Shown here one piece after another: positions 13,995-38,192 of a stretch of 64,000 bases of DNA. Each line of letters begins with the position of its first letter. Positions within the stretch are counted from its first letter, which is position 1. Below the pieces are notes generated by a model that made no database searches, was not told where the DNA came from, and saw nothing but the letters and a program-made list of their open reading frames with translations. The position numbers were made by a program, and so were the translations under genes. The DNA is taken from assembly GCA_964247055.1 (NCBI GenBank), contig OZ176052.1, forward strand, positions 6,386,001-6,450,000, in the 5' to 3' direction. This DNA is from Paragordius varius (lineage: Eukaryota > Animalia > Nematomorpha).

Positions 13995-15294
13995 TCTATA
14001 TATTATAAAAATGGAAAATGCTGGCTTTATGATCTGTTTCCGGAAAACCGGTAAACCCATTCAAATCCAAATATCAAACAAATATAATCATTAATCGCCT
14101 TTTTTTGAATTAGGTTAGTTTGGGCCCACCCCGTGTAAAAAACGTTTTTTTAAAACAGAATCTGCGAAAATCGTGTATTTGAGACAATTTTCCGGAGAAC
14201 GTGTTGGCCATTCAATTTCAAATATGATTTTTGTTTAGTTTTTTTCGATTGCGCCAAACATAGTCGTCTCGCTTTTTTAATTTAAGCCCTCTTTTTACCC
14301 GCTCCCCCCGTAAAATGCCATTTTTTTCAAAAAACAAAGTCCACAAAAATAAGTTTTTGATTCTATTTTTCGCCAGAGGGAGACCGTAAAAATTCAATAA
14401 GGATTCTACGTATTCCCTGTTTTAAAAGGCAAAAATTTTAGTCAAGCTGATGATAGCTGCTGAGTAAGGAGCTACCCGTGAAAAACTGACCCGTCATATC
14501 GAAATTGCGTGCTCTTGGGGCTAAGTTTCAGAAAACCTATCAGGCCATATGAGTTCAATAGCTGCTTAAAGTTTAACCCGTAAAAAGTCAAAAATTTTAG
14601 TCGAGCGGATTTTTTAAATTAGCCGTTAAATAGACCCTTTACGCCCTAAAAAATGCGCTATCATTGAACTTATTTAGTTTTGAAGCCATTCTTCCATAAA
14701 GTATTAGGAATGCGCGATGATTCCAGGTATAAAGGGAAATTTTTTTTATCTAACTACATTTTTATATTGGCCTCTGGGTAGAGGGCTACCCGCCTACAAC
14801 TACCATCATATCGATACAGCATGCCTTTGGAGCCAAATTTCAGAAAACTTATGAGAGTATGTGAATCATTTTAAAACTTCGTGCCGCATAACAAAATTGC
14901 TTATAAAATAAAAAATATATTATGCTCATTTCAAATAAAATTGTCTTCTATCTCAATATTTAAACGAGACAATTAAATGATCAATCAGACTTTATTGATT
15001 TTAAACATATAATCGTATTTTATTGTTTTATTATTTATTTATCTATCATATGTATAGGATGTTACCTCTTTTTACCCGCTCCCAATGCCATTTTTTTTAC
15101 AAAGTCCACAAAAATAATTTTTTGAATCTATTTTTCGCCCAAGTAAACAATATATTAGTATGAATGCACCGTTTTGAAATTCCTATGAGATCATAGCTAT
15201 TAAATAATGTTTCGAAATAATTCACATATTGTGGATCATTTTATTGTCCTTTTTTTCAAATAGCCCCCCCCCCTACCCCCGAGATTTAAGCTAG
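13995..15294 (+). mobile_element. Non-autonomous Helitron copy (same family as 34261-35467)
   Basis: Starts a|TCTATATATTATAAAAATGGAAAATGCTGGC; about 500 bp homologous to 34270-34800; ends ccccgagatttaagCTAG|t, matching the 35.4-kb copy but with the hairpin deleted. Confidence 0.75.
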
Positions 15295-15751
15295 TTATAA
15301 TATAAATATTAAAATGCATATTGTAACATATGTAAAATATAATTTCAGCGATTTATTGCATTTATTTTCATGATAATAAAAATGGATATCTATACATAAT
15401 AAAAATAGTGAAATATAATTTTATATACATAATGCATATTTTTGGTCTTTGTAATATTTTTACTCTTTTTTTTCTGTTTTTCTAATTAATGTTTAATGTA
15501 TTAAATTTAAATGTTTATTTATAATTTTACCTGTTTTTGTGAGAATTTAAAATAACATTTTTAGGGCGTTATCAATCATGTAACTAGTTATTTAACATAT
15601 TATGTATTACGTTACAGTATCTCATAAATGCAGTATCCAACTTAGTTTTTAGCTCAGCTTACCTAGTTTAATATTATTATACCCAATACTTACCAGCATA
15701 CATACGGCTTAAAAACACCTATGTAAGCTAACTTAACTCAAACAAATTGTA

Positions 15752-26854
<11,103 letters not shown>

Positions 26855-27113
26855 ATTATTTCTAAAATAAATATAAATTTTACTTAGCCATCATATGAAA
26901 TGCCTGTAGACTTCTGGCGAATCAAAAGTATGGCGGCTAAATCAGAACGTAAAATGTGACACTGCAATTAGAATTATGAAATAGTCAAAAAAATATAATT
27001 AAAACTATCCAATTTTTTTTAGATTAGTGTAAAAATATAAGGCAGTACTCTGAATTTTATGAAATTTTATTAATAAAATAAATATAATATGCAAAATGTC
27101 TTTTAAAGCTTTA

Positions 27114-28119
27114 AACAGTGTCCAAAAATCATGATGAAATATATATTCTGATCGAAAGATTATCATGATTTTTTGATTTTGGCCCCTACGAGTGATTTGA
27201 AAAAGTTTCTAACACTTTTGTGATAGATCCATATCAAAAAGTGGCTAAATTTGCGCACATTTTTTAATTAAATTTTTGGTGAAAGTTAAATGCTTCAATC
27301 CAAAAATATTCAATTTTATCATTAACTACATATAAAAAGTAAAACAATATTTTAAATTCATGTTGGCTACGAATCCCAAATTTCTTTGCTCTTTTAAAAT
27401 GTGGGTTTTTAAAATAAACACAAAAAAACAATGCTTGAAAAAAATTGTAAATATAGGTTAATATTGATCTCAGCTAAAAATATTTCTCTAAAATTTTAGC
27501 TAGAAAAATTTGGAAGCGTACTTAATGCTATTTTAAGGTATGATGAAAACGGCATGAAAACGCTTTAAATTGTTGTTTATACAAAAATTCACTGAAATTT
27601 GAAAAACGGACATTAAAGTAAAATTCTGAAGCGATAGAAATAATTAGCGTCATCAAATTATCTAGAAAAAGTGTAGTTCTAATATCTTAAAGGGTTTTTT
27701 TACCGTTCCTTCATGCGCTTAAGTAGTATCTAGCACGATTCAACAAAAATTTGACAAAAATTATTTACTGATATTTATCATAATCCTATGTTTAAAATTA
27801 TTATCGCGCAATTTAGGGATTTTAATAAAATCTAGCGCTTTTTTAGAAGTGCAGAAATATTTGGGGCTTTCGAGTTCACATCTAAAACTAAAAGTTTTTA
27901 AAAATATTGATTCGCTTTTTATATGTAGGTGGCATCTAGCTTTCAAAAAATATGTGATTAATCTGAGCCATTTTCTTATAAGCAGCCCTTACTATAAATA
28001 ACTTTCTTATATTGGTGGTGAAGACCAAAATCAAAAGAGCGAGATTATCCTGATACATGTTCCTTTCAGAATATAATTTATGAGGATAGTATTTAATACT
28101 TACGATTTTGGACGCAGTG
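27114..28119. mobile_element. About 1-kb non-autonomous DNA transposon with degenerate CACTG-type TIRs (CMC/CACTA/Transib-like)
   Basis: Right end GATTTTGGACGCAGTG; left end AACAGTGTCCAAAA matches 11/14 of the expected CACTGCGTCCAAAA. Internal blocks recur at 12.0-12.3, 28.2-28.5 and 29.1-30.3 kb, partly inverted. Confidence 0.55.
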
Positions 28120-29099
28120 TTACATAGAAAATATGTTTATATATAAGTGTCCACACTGATAGGAAAATGTATTGAGTTATCAAGGTAATTTTGATTTTAG
28201 CCCTTACACTTTTATAGTATGACATATCAGAAAATGGCTAAATTTGTTCACAATTTTTTAAATTTTGGGAATAAATGCTTAATTCCAAGAAAAATCCCTA
28301 ATATATATGTAAAACTACCTATAATGTGAGCTCCGAAAGTCCTAAATTTTTTGGTATTTTAAAATCGGCTAGTTCTCTTAAAATAATCGAAAAAATGCCG
28401 GGAATGCGCACTAAAAATTCATATATGCTTAACATTCATATGCTAATATTTTTTCAAAAAAATTTTCCAAAAATTAATTTTCAGCAAAATTTTGTTGGAG
28501 CGTACTTCGCACTTGAGGCATGACACGGTATAGAAACGCATTAAGATATTATAAAACTTTTTTTCTTATAATTCAATGATGCTGAGCATTTCTATCCTCT
28601 CAGAATTTAATTTATCCTACATAATCATTATTGCAGCTATAATTCAACTAAAATTAAATGAGTTTATTGGGTAAATTTTCGATCACTACAATTAATATTA
28701 ACGTAAAAAATAAATTTAAAATATAAACTAAAGATAAAAGTAGAAAGTATAAAATATTAAATAAGTTATGAAACTAAAAAAAACATGAGTGTTATGCTGT
28801 TAAGAAAAATGTTTGTAGTGTTATTTATTTTTATGTGATCTTTCTTTCTGTTTATTATTTTTTCTTTGTTTATTAAAACTTTCCTTTAATATTTCTTTTG
28901 TTCTATTTTTTTCTTTATCGACAACTTTGGCATCCCAGTTTATTTTATGTTTGCATTTAAAGGATGATATGCCAAAGCCGAATCATTTGTTTTACTCTTG
29001 TTAATTGCCGTTTTACGTTCTTTCATCTGACTAGTCCTCTTTTTGTTTGTCCTACGTACACACTGTCGCAGTTGTTTTTTTATAAAAATTAGCGAAAAT

Positions 29100-29973
29100 T
29101 GAAAGTAAACGATGTTTAAATATTGAATTTTGAAGAATGTTCAGCATCATCGAATTTTATAGAAAAAGTGTTTATACTAATGCATTTTATACCGTTTCCA
29201 TCATGCTTCATTAGTATGAAGTACGCAAACAAAATTGTGCTAATAATTATATTTTTTGAAAAAATGCATTTTTAAATAATATTTCTAATTAATATCAAAT
29301 TTAGCGTATATTTTTTTTGCGCAATTCTAGCATTTTTGTATTTATTTTAAAATAACCAAATAATTTTAGAAGGATAAAAAAATTGACACTTTCGAAGCCC
29401 ACATTTAAAAATCAAAATTTAATACAAATGTTGTTTTGCTTTTTATATGTATTTTATGTATATTTGAGTAGTATTTTTTGGATAAAGCATCAAGCTATTG
29501 CTAAAAAAAATTTATTAAACAAAATATGCGTTTTGCCATTTTCTGATATGGAGCAATTACTATAAAAATGTAAATAAAAACACGCGTAGACAACGAAAAG
29601 CACCATGATAATCCTGTTACTTTTCCTATCTATTTCATCGGGATATTTTTGTGAACATGGCATAATATGATTTCAATATAACCTTTTTTTCGTGGTAAAT
29701 ATATAAACACCTTTTTACTTTCAATAATTTGTATCCACACACTTAAGTTTTTATCAATTTTCATTTAATCTTGTGTGTGTGTGTATTACGATAAATATTA
29801 TAATAAATTTGATTCGTGTTATTAAATATAATAAATTTTGTCCTGCGTCTTTTAAAATATCTGGTCACTATCGTATGGGTCAAAATAAAAAAGCACCATG
29901 ATAATCCTGATACAGTTTCCCATGAAATATATATTTCACCAGGTTTTTATACCCCTCGATTTTGGACGCAGTG
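29100..29973. mobile_element. Rearranged copy of the same CACTG-ended family
   Basis: 29170-29450 is a diverged reverse complement of 27330-27570; ends in GATTTTGGACGCAGTG (29958-29973). The left boundary is approximate. Confidence 0.5.
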
Positions 29974-30984
29974 TAGTATCTTAAAATCATGTTATACCGT
30001 ATCCACCATTCATCAAAAAAGCATAAAAATCGCTTTACCAAAAATTTTTTATAAATTAAATTTTTGTGAGAAATATCCATTTTTGCGAAATATTTTTTTG
30101 ATGTAAAATTTTAACATATATTTATAAATTTATCGGACAATATTGGTCCTATCGCATTTTTTCTGAATCTAACAAAAAGTGAGCAAATTTTGACATTTTT
30201 GATATGAAGCTTAAATCACTTTTAAACCATTAAAAGCACCATGTAATTCTGATACATTTTCCTATCAGAATGTTAAATTTAATTACGATATTTCTATATA
30301 CCCAAAAATTTGTTTAAAATTTTTATTTTTGGACATATATTTTTGCATGGGTTGCAACTAGTTGCTAATTAAAATAAGGGCTTCACTATGATTTATGGAA
30401 TCAATATATTAGCAATAATGTGTTTAGGTTTCCTAATTACTTCCAAAACACCATTTGCTGTAAATATTTTCAACTCCTAAGTTTACACGTGTGGGAACGA
30501 AACCCCGCGTTATCGAAAAAATGGCTCTGCCTGATTCTTGTTTTAATAATATGGTTAATAACCATTATTGGATTTTTATCCCTACACCTTTTGGAAAAAG
30601 TTGTTAAAGCCAAAAATTTAAATAATTTTATTCGAATCCCTTTAATTTACAACGTGAGCACGGACAATACTATGCACATAACGCATAATATTTTAAATTT
30701 TAAATATATAAGTCAAGGACGATAAAATAGATAATCAGGGCCCCTAACTAAAACCGAACCATTAGCTATGTTAGAAAAAGATAAAAAATCGCAGGACTCT
30801 AATTAAACATCAGTAAAATCTGGAACAATTTATTTTGCAAAAACATTTTTTGAAAATGAAACGCAACAGGGAATATTTTGTTTGAATCGGTTTTTTAACT
30901 AAAAATATAAAAATAAAAAATAGGAGGATATTATATATAAAAGGAAAATTAGGTCACATTTTAAATTTAAATGTGTAAAAATTA

Positions 30985-32042
30985 GACTAGACAACAAATT
31001 TTAAATTTAAGAACCATTTTTGTAAATTTAAAATTTATTTCATTAAGGTACACAAATAGTATATCTGAAAAAAAATTGCACTTAAAACCTTTTTATTTGG
31101 GTTTATCGAAAAATTTTGGCCCCAACTTAACATTAAACTCGAAATTTTCAAAACGAGATTTTAGATATAGACCCATGTATTTTATATCATCCGAAAGAGG
31201 GCGAACTTAACCCGAATAGTAGAAGGTCAATTAAATCGATCTGACGTAAAAGTTATTAAGCTTTATATAGTCAAAATTTTTAAACCATAAATAAGTCAAA
31301 CATTTTCACAGACAAACCAATTTAAAATCATATAAATTATTTATTTTCATTATTAGAATATCATTAGAATAAAATTAAAAAAAAATCTTTAAAAAAGCTT
31401 ATGGTTTGTTTTTTTCAAAAAAAAATATTTCATAATTATTTACCAAGTTAATACTAAAATGCCTAGTTACAACTGCAAATTTATTTCATAATGGTTATAA
31501 AAAATTAATATACCTTAAACTATATTTCTAGTCTTTGAAATTTATAGTTTGGCCTTCTAAAAAAATATTATCATGGTAATATTTAAAAAAAACAAAAAAA
31601 TAAAAATGGCTGTTTTAAATGACATAAAAGCAATAAATAAGTGTTTTGATCAGAAAAAAATTTTCCTGTTAACTACATTAGACATTCATTGCCATCTCTA
31701 CAAAGTTTGAGCTATTTTCATCCATTAGTATTAAAAATATATTAAATAAGAAAAACGCCATCGCCTTGTGGGTTAGCTTCCTATGTCCAATATTAACTAT
31801 CGATGTAAAACACATTAGTATGCATTGTATAGAGTTTTTAATACTCTTTTGAATGATATGCAAATGGGAATTTGTCGTACATTTTCAAAGAAAAACTTTT
31901 GGTAAAATTTTGATAAAGAAGGCGCATAATCATAAAAAACTAAATTATAAAAAATTCTTAGATGTAATTTAAATTTTATTTCAGAATTACTGTAAAATGA
32001 TATTTAATATCATAACTCGAGTGATAAAATTGTTGTTTAGTG
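30985..32042 (+). mobile_element. Non-autonomous CACTA-like element, copy 1
   Basis: TIRs GACTAGACAACAAATTT and AAATTGTTGTTTAGTG; colinear with 58295-59403; flanks tta/tca. Confidence 0.75.
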
Positions 32043-34260
32043 TCATGATATATTTTAAAATTGGAATAAGTAGATATACACATCAACTATGACCCTTTGA
32101 GAATTTTTTTTGATTTTTAGAAAACACTGGACTTATATAAAACAATGTAAAAATTACAAAAATAATGTAAATGCGTTTTACTGTAGTTATTTATCCTGAT
32201 ATTCCCAAGTAATATATAAATTTGGCTAACGTTTTTTTAAATCAATTAAATTTATTCAAGAAGTTCAAAATGTATTTTTATGTTTGGTGGATCACAAAAA
32301 AAGAAAAGGAGATTGGTTATCAATTTTTTAACAAAACCAAAATTAATTTGACAAATAAATATTTTTGGAATTAAAACTATTAGAATAGTTTCTATAAATA
32401 TCGTGGGAATCCACGAAATGACTTGGAGCCGAAAAACGGTCCTGATTTTCCTGGTTAAAACCTAAATTGTAACAAAAATTTATAAAGATTAAATTGCAAC
32501 GGGTATTTCCAATCAACTTTACGCAATAAATATCAGTGTGATCAATCAAAAGTGCCTTTTACGATTTAATAATGGTGATTTATTATACACATCCTAATCT
32601 GGATATTAATGTGATTTTAAAACGATTTGGGGTCAATAAAATATGCACCACAGCCCTAATTTACATCTAATTAGCATGAAAGTACTCAATCCAAATAATT
32701 TTTATATAATAATAAATTATATAATAAAGTTAAAACTCAATGCAGACATTTTAAGCCAAAGGATAATTTGGTCAAATATAAAGTTCTTCTTGGAACTAGT
32801 TAGATATAATATTTATAAGATAAAATCTACAATGTTTATTGGCTACAAACCATAATGACACACAATTTGAGGTTAATTTTTTGGATTTGCTGTTTAGACT
32901 TTGACTTTCTTAATATTTTCTTTATAGTTATCATGTCTCTTTTCCTCCAATATAATCTAATTATATATTTTTTGGCTAATAAAAAGGATACATCAAAATT
33001 ATTATTGACAAAATATGATATTTTTGGTTTGGTTAATTTGTTTAAGATAAATAAACGTCTTTTGCTACATGTCCCTGTGAGACTATTTTATTCCCTGGAC
33101 TTCAGAGTTTTTTTTACAATTATTATACAAACTTGGTGTATCTCTTTAAAATTTAATTTAGGTTGTGTTTAGCTGTGGTCTATCAAAATTATTTAATTAT
33201 ATATGATTAAACTAAATTTGATACGATTTAAATATTTTATTTTTAAATGAAAACTTTACTGATTATACTAATTTTTCCAATTTTTGAATCACGATATTCA
33301 TTATATGAATCAACTGAGAACTCATTATTTACTAATATTAATAATTCAGAATACCAAAATTCAAATGGTATATTTTATTGATTAAATTTTTATACATGTT
33401 TAAAAATCGTTATTTCATTATAATCATGGATAAATATTTTTATAAAAAAAATTCCTATATTTAAGGAAAAGTTTTTCAGATGATAATAATTAAGTTTCTT
33501 CAAATACTTAACATGCATACACAAAAAGCATAAAATACTTGACATTATTGTATATAAAAATATTGAATCTTTTAATTATTTTAGCCAATATTTTATTTTA
33601 TTTAATTTTTCCTAAAACGATTCTAGTTATACAAAAATATAATATTCTTTTAATAAATAATTATCTTATAAATTTATTAAAACTTCTGAAAAAGAAAGAG
33701 GTTGATTTATTTCGCTGAAAAGCGGATCTTTATTATATATGGCATTCAATCAATCGTAGTTTTGCGCTTAAAAACTTAAGATTTCTAATTTTAAAAAGTT
33801 TTAAAGACATATTTAAAACATATGTAGAATTTAAACAGTTCTTAACACTACATCATACATTATTATAATCACCCTGTTTAAAAATATTTTTTAAGGTATT
33901 TTAGGCTCTTTACTACATTTAGAATCAAGCAAAATCTTTATATCAATTTATTATTCATAAAGTACAATCAAATTTTGGATAAAAGCACATATTTCGGAAA
34001 AATAATCTGAAACATTAAAAGTTTATTTTATACTTATATATAAAACTTAATATTTATCATATTCCCTTTGGCGACATTTAACAAAAATTTTAAATGAAAC
34101 AAGAAAAAACCACAATTGGTATAATTTTTTCTCTTATTAAATTAGTTATCAATTTAAATACTGTAAATTTATTAAACAGCATAATTTACATACCCACGCC
34201 TTCATTTCTAGTATTTAAAAAAATAGTTTATATTTGATGAAAAATCCCATAAAACCCTAA

Positions 34261-35467
34261 TCTATATATTTATAAAAATGGAAAATGCTGGCTTTGTGAT
34301 ATGGTACAGGAAAACCGGTAGACCCAATCAAACCCAAATATCGAAAAAATATAATTATTAATAAATGTCCCGACAATAGCTTCGCCCTTTTTTTGAAATA
34401 GGCCCCCAGTTCGGGCCCACCCCGTATGAAAAACGGGTTTTTTTAAAAACAGAAGTCCATAAAATCGTGTTTTTGAGACAATTTTCCGGAGAACGTGTTG
34501 GACCATTCAATTTCAAATATGATTTTTGTTTTCTTATTTTCGATTGCGCCGAACATAGTCGAGTCACTTTTTTGATTTAGGCCCTCTTTTTACCCGCTTT
34601 CCCCGTAAAATGCCATTTTTTTCAAAAAGCAAAGTCCACAAAAATAATTTTCTAAATCGATTTTTCGCCCTAGGTATGAGACCGTAAAAATTCAATAAAG
34701 ATTCCACGTATTCCCTGTTAAAAGGCAAAAATTTTATTCTACTGTTTATTTGATGATAGCTGCTGGGTAAGGAGCTACCCGGTAAAAACTGATTTTTCAT
34801 ATTACTTTGTGATCTGTTTCCGGAAAACCGGTGAACCCAATCAAATTTAAACATCGAAAAAATTTAATCATTAATGAATGCCCCGACAATAGCTTCGCCC
34901 TTTTTTGGAATTAGGTCCCCAGTTTGGGCCCACCCCCTGTGAAAAATGGGTTAAGTCAATTTTTTGGAGAACGTGTTGGACCATTCAATTTCAAATATGA
35001 TTTTGTTTACTTATTTTCGATTGCGCCGAACATAGTCGAGTCACTTTTTTGATTTAGGCCCTCTTTTTACCCGCTCCCCCCGTAAAATGCCATTTTTTTT
35101 CAAAAAAACAAAGTCCACAAAAATATTTTTTTGATTGTATTTTTTTGCCCACGGTATGAGACTGTAAAAATTCGAGAAAGATTTTTCGTATTGCCTGTTA
35201 AAAGGCAAAAATTTTAGTCAAGCGTTTCTTTGATGATAGATGCTGAGTAAGGAGTATCTATCATATGTATAGCATGTTAAAAGATATATGGATATTAATA
35301 CATTATTTATGGTAATCTATATATTTATAAAAATGGAAAATGCTGGCTTTGTGATCTGGTACAGGAAAACCGGTAGACCCATTCAAATCCAAACTTCGAA
35401 CCCCCCCCCCCCCCCAGAAGTCCGAAGGACTTCCTCGGGCTGCGTAGCAGCACGAGATTCACGCTAG
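34261..35467 (+). mobile_element. Non-autonomous Helitron with internal tandem duplication (about 540-bp unit twice, plus a nested 5' end at 35316)
   Basis: Starts a|TCTATATATTTATAAAAATGG; ends with hairpin CTCG-G-GCTGC-GTA-GCAGC-A-CGAG (35434-35456) and CTAG(35464-67)|t, i.e. an A^T insertion site with no TSD. Confidence 0.85.
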
Positions 35468-37629
35468 TGTTTAAATAAAAATTAATAAATGTATATATAA
35501 TTAATTGGTGTTTCTAACTGTATAAACTGGAAGCGATTTTTATCATTTTGAGCCATTATGATTTAGGGTTCATAACTTTTTAAGTATAAATTCTAGTAAA
35601 TAATGTAAGTCAAGTCGGTTTATATTTTGAGCAAAGGGCCGCAGAGTTAAGAGATGTTATCGATTACGCCGCATAAGAATATATATTCTTACGGCAGAAT
35701 AAGGCATAAATAGAATATAGGACAAAAAAATTATTTAAAATATTTTTCTATATTAGTTATTAAACCATCTCATTCACTAAAACATTATTCTGTAATAACC
35801 AATTGAAAATATAATTTGATACCAAAATGCTGTGTTTTTGTAATTAGTAATGATATATTTGAAAATTGGTATATTATAAAAATTATATATTTATAAAAAT
35901 AAATTATGTTATAATCATAATAAAATTTTACAGAAAAAATATAAGCACTTAAGAGTTTTGCTAAAATTAGGTAATAAAAGTAAATATGTCCCCTATAAAT
36001 TTTACTAAAGTCACGAGGCGACTTTGACAGATCTTATTATAACTAATATATTGATAATATTGTTTTAGGAAACGCATACTTGGTTCATACATAAAAAATT
36101 ATGGATCATCTATTGTATAATTAGATGATTGTGAATATAATTTAATACAAGCATATTTGTTTTAAGAATATAATTCAAAAACAACATTTTACATAATTTT
36201 ATGTTAGAAAAATTATTCAATTTCATAATTTAGAAATATGCTAATATATTGGTTAGATGACTTTTAAGGAGTTTGACGCCTGTCTTCTCCATATGTCTTG
36301 TTTTATTTTTCAACCTGTAAAAAGAACTTACGCTATAAATATAAAATATTATGATATTAAAAAATATGTAAACAAAAATTATTATTAAGATGTTGGCGCT
36401 TGCTATATGCATAATTATCATAATTACTATTTATGACATTTCAATTTGTGATTCTTGAAAAAGGAAACGTGAACTATACAAAATTTTATGATCAACAAAT
36501 TATTTTCATTTGTATATTTTCATCCGTGGCATTAAATATAGCTTTAGAATGATACCGTACGGCTTATGAAACTTAAATTAAAATTTAATATTTATTACGA
36601 GATTATTTAAGAGACCAAAAATATCAAGTTGCTAATTTTTTTACATATAAAACCATATTAGTCTGATTTACGAAAACTTATCATTCATTAATAACGCATT
36701 AACTTTAAAATTATATAAAATTACACAGTTGATTACTAATTGAAGCTAGTGAATATTTTGACAACACCCCCCTTACAAAAAACTCAATCTTTATAACTCA
36801 ATTCACGGGCAGTGTTTAGTTTTTGATTGGAAAATATTAGAGTTGTACTCCTTATAAAAGCATTCACTTGCGGTCACAACCGGTTTTTAAATATATTTAA
36901 ACCTACAAACAAAAATAAAACTTTGAAATTTCCAAATTTTTGCAACAAATGTTAATTCTATAACCATTACTTCAAATCAAATGTCAAACAGATAATTAAA
37001 ATCCCTAATTAATTATGCCTATAAGCATGTAAGAATTCAGACATGCTTAAACCTTTTCTGGACACGAATGATTCTCGTTTCGTGGTTTGCTTTTCATATT
37101 TTAACGATGGTAGGCAATATATTTTTGTTACTCTGAGGATTTATAGTTATAAATGTGAGTAGAAATGTATTGCTAGTTTTAATATTGCCATACATAACAC
37201 AATATTATTGACTTAAATATATTTTTCGCTTTTTCTTGCTATGAGCTAATAAGAATGCTATATACTTATCAATGTATTTTTACTGTAATTATTTGACAAT
37301 AGATCGGGTTGATATTTAATAATATATATTCATATTTTTTGAGGAAAAACTTCCAACCGATTTTAGGTCATATAATTTGTTTGATATGGTTTTGTTGTTT
37401 TTAAATTTTAACATTTATACGAATAAACTGAATATACGAAATATTATTTATTATTGGATTTTTCATATGTTTAAAAAAATTATATAGCTGTGAGTTACGA
37501 TAAAAAACATATTTACTCCTATAAGCCTTTCTATAGTCGATATCAAATTATTTTTCATTTGCTTAATCCCTGGATTTTTTTATAATTTTAGCCAGTTAAA
37601 CAATGTTTCGGTGCCGGGTGTATATATAC

Positions 37630-38192
37630 CATTTGCACTTCAAGAGTGTCCTTGAATACTTCAAGTTGGTCCTTTAACATTTCAAGTTGGTTCTTGAACA
37701 CTCAAGTAAGTTTTTGAATACTTCAAGTTGGTCCTTAAAATTTTTAAAATTTAAAATAACCATAATTTTTGCATTTATTTTTTTATTTTATTATTTTTTA
37801 ACCTAATTTTACATATTTGTTATATATTTATTTATTTAGAAAAAAAATTTTAATTAAAAAACCCCTTTTTTACTTCAAACTAATTTTTTTCCAATTTAAC
37901 AAAATTATTAACTTTTAAATGTTTTCAATGAAAAAGTGTAAATCATAACCCAGAAAACTTACATATTTTTTAATTAGGTGTTAAAATCTTAAATATACAG
38001 TTTCTCTATTATTATTAGTTGATATTAATTTTAAATTATGTAAATAATTGAAAATAGGTCAAAAACTATAAAATGGATGAATGATTTACGATTTGATTCA
38101 TAAAAATTTAAAACAAAACAAAAAAGTCAAAGGACCAACTTGAAATGTAGGACCAACTTGAAGTGTTCAAGGACACTCTTGAAGTGCAAATG
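37630..38192. mobile_element. Foldback/MITE-like element with long TIRs built of 21-bp palindromic subrepeats
   Basis: CATTTGCACTTCAAGAGTGTCCTTGAATACTTCAAGTTGGTCCT is near-perfectly inverted at 38149-38192; arrays of CTTGAA-NNN-TTCAAG at both ends; AT-rich core. Confidence 0.8.

Noticed and set aside
37640-37740. 21-bp periodic repeat as a CRISPR-like array
   Set aside because: Eukaryotic context, no unique spacers of CRISPR length, and mirrored as a terminal inverted repeat.
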